IMG/VR virus record: IMGVR_UViG_3300046665_000548
Location: 124,001 to 188,000 of that record
DNA: 64,000 bases
Strand: one strand, 5' to 3'
The notes under the pieces are model-generated. The model searched no databases. It was not told where the DNA came from and was given only the letters and a program-made list of their open reading frames with translations. The translations under genes and the position numbers were made by a program. This document shows positions 60,234 to 64,000 of the stretch, in pieces. The stretch's first letter is position 1. Each line of letters starts with the position of its first letter.

Positions 60234-60608
60234 ATGTATTACGGAGATTTCAGCAACACCGAGGACGTGTGCAGAGCGTTCGACATCGGCTACGTCGATG
60301 GCGTAATCGTCTTTGCGGCCTACGAGATAGACGGGTACGAAGGCTCCGCCGACGTGCTTTATATCAAGGACGGCAAAATCTATCATGTTACGGGCAGTCA
60401 TTGTTCCTGCTACGGCTTGGAAAATCAATGGTCGCCCGACGAGATGCCCATCGAGGCTCTGCGACACGTCGTGGAGAATGGGAGTTACGGCATTATGCAC
60501 GACCACAAGGAGGGCTTGCTCTCACTGTTGGAAGTGTTGCACGAACTGAACCTCGAAGGAGCTAAGCCGGAAACGGTTCAAATGGCTCTAAAGCTCGTCT
60601 ACGGATGA
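60234..60608 (+). CDS. conserved-type hypothetical phage protein
   Basis: YEGSA...GSHCSCYGLE; AAGGAG SD. Confidence 0.65.
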   Translation: MYYGDFSNTEDVCRAFDIGYVDGVIVFAAYEIDGYEGSADVLYIKDGKIYHVTGSHCSCYGLENQWSPDEMPIEALRHVVENGSYGIMHDHKEGLLSLLEVLHELNLEGAKPETVQMALKLVYG

Positions 60609-60612
60609 GACC

Positions 60613-60650
60613 AAACGGCTCCCTCGAAGAGATTCGACGGGGCCGTTTTG
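60613..60650 (+). terminator. intrinsic terminator
   Basis: AAACGGCTCC/GGGGCCGTTTT. Confidence 0.6.
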
Positions 60651-60667
60651 CGTTGGTATACTAGCCT

Positions 60668-60928
60668 ATGGCTTGCAAACGAAATTCAAAACTGACGGAA
60701 GCAATTGCCCCGCATCGCGTAGAGGTACGCGTGGCCGCAGAGTATTCCGGCCGCTGGAGCAAGCAACGCTGGAGGGATGCACAAAACCAGATGTTCTGGC
60801 TCGGTCACCCAGACAATGGCGCGGTTGGTGAATTCAACAACCGCTGGATCAATGAGGACGAAGGGCACGCCTGCTACTTGTTTACGGACGAGCGGACCGC
60901 TCTCCATTTCAAGATGGCGTTCGGCTAA
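60668..60928 (+). CDS. paralog family protein (YLFTDERTALHFKMAFG)
   Basis: Shared C-terminal motif. Confidence 0.6.
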   Translation: MACKRNSKLTEAIAPHRVEVRVAAEYSGRWSKQRWRDAQNQMFWLGHPDNGAVGEFNNRWINEDEGHACYLFTDERTALHFKMAFG

Positions 60929-61093
60929 TCAGCTTTCGAGATTAACTGCGTCGATGCGATACATGCTCTGCTCGACGCCAGCCGCAGCAGCGACAGCCGC
61001 AACCTTCTGCTGAGCTTTGATGTTCGTGGTGTGCACGCTGATCACAGTAACTCCGGTATTGGTCTTGCGGGAGACGACGTATACGATCTTCAT
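60929..61093 (-). CDS. small late leaderless protein (54 aa, not in ORF track)
   Basis: TAAATA 6 nt upstream of the ATG; MKIVYVVSRK. Confidence 0.55.
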   Translation of the reverse strand: MKIVYVVSRKTNTGVTVISVHTTNIKAQQKVAAVAAAAGVEQSMYRIDAVNLES

Positions 61094-61102
61094 GGTGATT
61101 AT

Positions 61103-61324
61103 TTATCCCTGATGTTGATGCGAACGTAAGCTCCTGGCCTTGTCGGCTAGACGCATTACGATGTTTGCTGAGTAGAATGGAAACAGAGCAGGGATTAACG
61201 CGTGTATGATCGAAGCCACCCCGGCAACGACTAATAAAACGCCAGCACTCAATGCGAAACAGGCATGAGCCATATAAGACTTGCCAGCTTCTTTGAGATG
61301 TTTAGCCGCAAAGGTTTCCCACAT
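61103..61324 (-). CDS. DUF6356-like small membrane protein
   Basis: KHLKEAGKSYMAH..FAL...IHALIP; TAAATA 5 nt upstream. Confidence 0.65.
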   Translation of the reverse strand: MWETFAAKHLKEAGKSYMAHACFALSAGVLLVVAGVASIIHALIPALFPFYSANIVMRLADKARSLRSHQHQG

Positions 61325-61354
61325 AACCCTATTTAGAGCGATGTAAATAGTCGC

Positions 61355-62833
61355 ATGACAGACGTTATTACGCGAAACTTGATTTCGCAGACCATTGAAA
61401 TCCATGAGCCATCTGGAGAGATCGTCCGTTACGAAGTCATAATTCGAATGATTGATTTCTATCGGGATTGGCTTGGCAGTGTTGGGATCGTTCGCGGCCA
61501 ACGCGGCATCATCTGCTTGCCCAACAGTGCAAACATGCAGGCATTGTTCTTCGCGTGTTTGGAGCTAGGGATACGGTTCATTGGTGCAGAGGAAAGGGAA
61601 TTCTACAAGTTTCCACGCTATCGAGTAGCCAACGTCGATTTTGCAATCACCTGTTCGGACTGGAAAGAGGAGATGGACGACCTTCCTTACCCTTTGCATG
61701 TTATGCCTGATGTAGCAGATATCAGCGGCATCGAGCTTCGGACACACATTGACCCAGAGGTCGAACCAGATGAGCCAGCCATCTTGGCGATCACCTCCGG
61801 AACGACCGGTGCTCCAAAAATTATTCAACACACGCACCAAACAATTTTGCCAGCAATCCGCCGCGCCATGGAATGGTACGACCCCAAAGATCGAGTTCTG
61901 TTCTACATGAACCTCAACCATCTTGGCGTGCTTACTATCTTTACCCTGCCAGTGCTCCTCACCGGCTGTCGGATCGTTCTCTGTCGCAACAATTTCGTAG
62001 AGCCACTTATCGAGGGGCTAACGACACGAAGCCTTGGCGGAATAGATAAGCTGCTCATGTTTGATTGGTCTTGGGGGCGGATCGTCAACGCGTATAAAGG
62101 CGAGCAGCCGTTGCTCGGTACAAACAAACCAACGGTGATAACTGGCGGAAAACCAATCCCGCCATCGTTCATTGAGAGCTTGCTGATCAACGGGGCAGGA
62201 GAAGTCAAAGTCGCTTATGGAATGACCGAAGCCCCGCCACCAGTGATAGTGAAGTCTGTGACCTCGGTCGAAGGTTACAGTCGTTCATTTCTGGGCCAAC
62301 CCCTGGAAGGCTGGCGTACAATCGTCATGGCAAACGGATCGCTTCTCCTACGAGGAGACGGCATTGGTTTAGACAATCGGGGCAGGTCTTTGAGCGACCC
62401 GCTTGGATGGTTTATGACCCCTGACTTGTGCTGGTTGGAGGGCGATGAGATACACATTCGATCCAGGCGAACGATCAATAAACGAAACGGTCAAACCGTA
62501 TTCCTTGACGACATTATCGCTGAGATGTTTTTCAAGCCGCTCGATGTGCCTTTTGTAATCTGTCCGCTTCAAACGAAAGAGGACGAAGACCTCAAAATAT
62601 GTGCGTTCACGGGTCGCAATCAAATTATGATCGATGGTGGACCCACGAACCTGGAAACGATCAACTCGATAATTCGCTCCACCATGATACCCGAGTACCA
62701 GATCGACCATCTGTTTCTGATGGATGAGATACCCGATAACGGTCTAAAGCCAGATCACACAAAGCTACGAAAGATTGCGCTTCAGACCATTGCGGAACAG
62801 GGAGAAAAAGGGGAATATCTGGTGAAGATTTAA
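61355..62833 (+). CDS. AMP-binding (ANL superfamily) adenylate-forming enzyme
   Basis: TSGTTGAPK, YGMTEA, C-terminal K; TAAATA 5 nt upstream. Confidence 0.85.
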   Translation: MTDVITRNLISQTIEIHEPSGEIVRYEVIIRMIDFYRDWLGSVGIVRGQRGIICLPNSANMQALFFACLELGIRFIGAEEREFYKFPRYRVANVDFAITCSDWKEEMDDLPYPLHVMPDVADISGIELRTHIDPEVEPDEPAILAITSGTTGAPKIIQHTHQTILPAIRRAMEWYDPKDRVLFYMNLNHLGVLTIFTLPVLLTGCRIVLCRNNFVEPLIEGLTTRSLGGIDKLLMFDWSWGRIVNAYKGEQPLLGTNKPTVITGGKPIPPSFIESLLINGAGEVKVAYGMTEAPPPVIVKSVTSVEGYSRSFLGQPLEGWRTIVMANGSLLLRGDGIGLDNRGRSLSDPLGWFMTPDLCWLEGDEIHIRSRRTINKRNGQTVFLDDIIAEMFFKPLDVPFVICPLQTKEDEDLKICAFTGRNQIMIDGGPTNLETINSIIRSTMIPEYQIDHLFLMDEIPDNGLKPDHTKLRKIALQTIAEQGEKGEYLVKI

Positions 62834-62847
62834 CGCCGGGGATTTAA

Positions 62848-63135
62848 ATGACTCTCAGTGAGATGGAAACACTCTTCGAGAAACACGACGGGGAATACGG
62901 CAAATACGACCGTGTGATACCTAAGGCCAGCGGAAGGCCCGATCTCGATGCTTTCATACTCTTGAACACGCTCTGCCCCGGTAGTGGCGACATTATTTCA
63001 GCGGCAGAGCACGACGAATTCTGGATAAGCGTTGACCCTGCCGATTTCGCCAAGGTTGCCGACGAGGGTCACATCCTTACGCTAATCCGCTGCGGCGTCT
63101 TCTTGATAGATGATGGTTTTAAGATGAATGCCTAG
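62848..63135 (+). CDS. hypothetical phage protein
   Basis: 95-aa ORF after the ANL gene. Confidence 0.55.
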   Translation: MTLSEMETLFEKHDGEYGKYDRVIPKASGRPDLDAFILLNTLCPGSGDIISAAEHDEFWISVDPADFAKVADEGHILTLIRCGVFLIDDGFKMNA

Positions 63136-64000
63136 CGGCAGAGTCCATCGCAGTAAGCTGGGCCTGTTCACGTCGTTGGTCAGGTACGGTGCGCTGGAGT
63201 TCTGGATTGAAGATCACGATTTCCATCGATTCTTTCTCATCTGCATATTGGTAGACATCGTTGGTGGAAGTAAACACCACAAAATCGTACTTTCCGAACA
63301 CCGCATCGCTAATCTTCGGAAGAACGTCTTCGTAAGCTTCACCGATCTGCTCACCAAAAATAATTTGTATCAGAGCGGCGCTCTCATAAAGACCCTCGTA
63401 TGGGCTCATGCGTGCGAGAAGCTGGAAAAGTTGGATACGAAACTGGCTGATCTTGCGGCCCTTCTCGTAATCGCGATCCTTGGGGCCAAACTTTACTTTG
63501 TTCTTAAGCTCTGCCAGGAGCGCGGCATCATCGAAGCGAGTCGCGTTCTGTCGGACAGTCTGCTCCATTTGTGGGGACCAGTCGCTGCGAGATTTTTGAA
63601 GGCATGTGATGAGTGCGTTCAGCACATCATCACGAGACATCTTCTTGTTTGCCGTGGAAACGAGCGGCGATCCGTTGTCCCAATGATCGTAGTTCTCACC
63701 GCATCGCTTGAACGCGGCTTTCAAAGCGCGAAGAACTAGGCTGAAACCGGTGTTCTTCCACGAGGCGTCATTGATGCGCTTATATCGGCAGCCCTGGGGG
63801 ATAACAACGCGAAACACGTTCGGGCCAAACTGAGCCGCAAAGCGTGGATTGTTTGTCGCATACATTCCGTTACCGAGGGGATTCCAATACTGCTCGCCTT
63901 TGTCGGCCGCGTGCGGGTTGAACTTATCAAAGGCAGCACTCTTCGTGCCGTGATAAAAAACCCACTCTCTCTTATTGACCTCTTCGTCAATGACAATCTC
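63119..64000 (-). CDS. ART-like protein, 5'-truncated by the window edge
   Basis: Frame open to the window end: EIVIDEE...FYHGT..AFDKF...LGNGMYATNN..FA. Confidence 0.6.
   Translation of the reverse strand, partial: EIVIDEEVNKREWVFYHGTKSAAFDKFNPHAADKGEQYWNPLGNGMYATNNPRFAAQFGPNVFRVVIPQGCRYKRINDASWKNTGFSLVLRALKAAFKRCGENYDHWDNGSPLVSTANKKMSRDDVLNALITCLQKSRSDWSPQMEQTVRQNATRFDDAALLAELKNKVKFGPKDRDYEKGRKISQFRIQLFQLLARMSPYEGLYESAALIQIIFGEQIGEAYEDVLPKISDAVFGKYDFVVFTSTNDVYQYADEKESMEIVIFNPELQRTVPDQRREQAQLTAMDSAARHSS

Noticed and set aside
1-64000. CRISPR array, integrase/transposase, introns, stop-codon recoding
   Set aside because: No spaced direct repeats or recombinase motifs seen; conserved genes are intact under the standard code with all three stops used

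Overview
A 64-kb segment of a large (jumbo-type, T4-like late transcription) phage genome, probably infecting an alphaproteobacterium of the Bradyrhizobium/Rhizobiales type (judged from the BTLCP peptidase, IalB-like protein, SerRS and AspRS). No structural or replication core genes are present. It is an accessory region of short, densely packed ORFs plus a large translation-support kit: 17 tRNA genes in three clusters and two singletons, LeuRS (minimal, no editing domain), non-discriminating-type AspRS, SerRS, Thg1-like, YqeY, HPF/RaiA, CYTH, a tRNA-binding OB-fold protein and an ArfA-like ORF. The main discovery is a set of short, apparently leaderless leader peptides, all below the ORF-track cutoff. 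They sit upstream of each tRNA cluster and of leuS, their codons match the anticodons (or amino acid) of the genes downstream, and they overlap terminator/antiterminator or RBS-sequestering hairpins. This looks like ribosome-mediated attenuation that lets the phage sense depletion of specific tRNAs and switch on its own replacements. A second pattern is many solitary genes with a TAAATA box 4-6 nt before the start codon. Many of these begin with a T4 internal-protein-like N-terminal peptide ending in E, fused to ART-like, Nudix, GNAT or ParB-like domains (candidate virion-packaged effectors). Also present are an ARC/Mpa-like AAA ATPase + Pup-like peptide + DUF1360 module, several atypical tRNAs and an expanded paralog family. 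All family assignments are from motif recognition by eye, not database searches.
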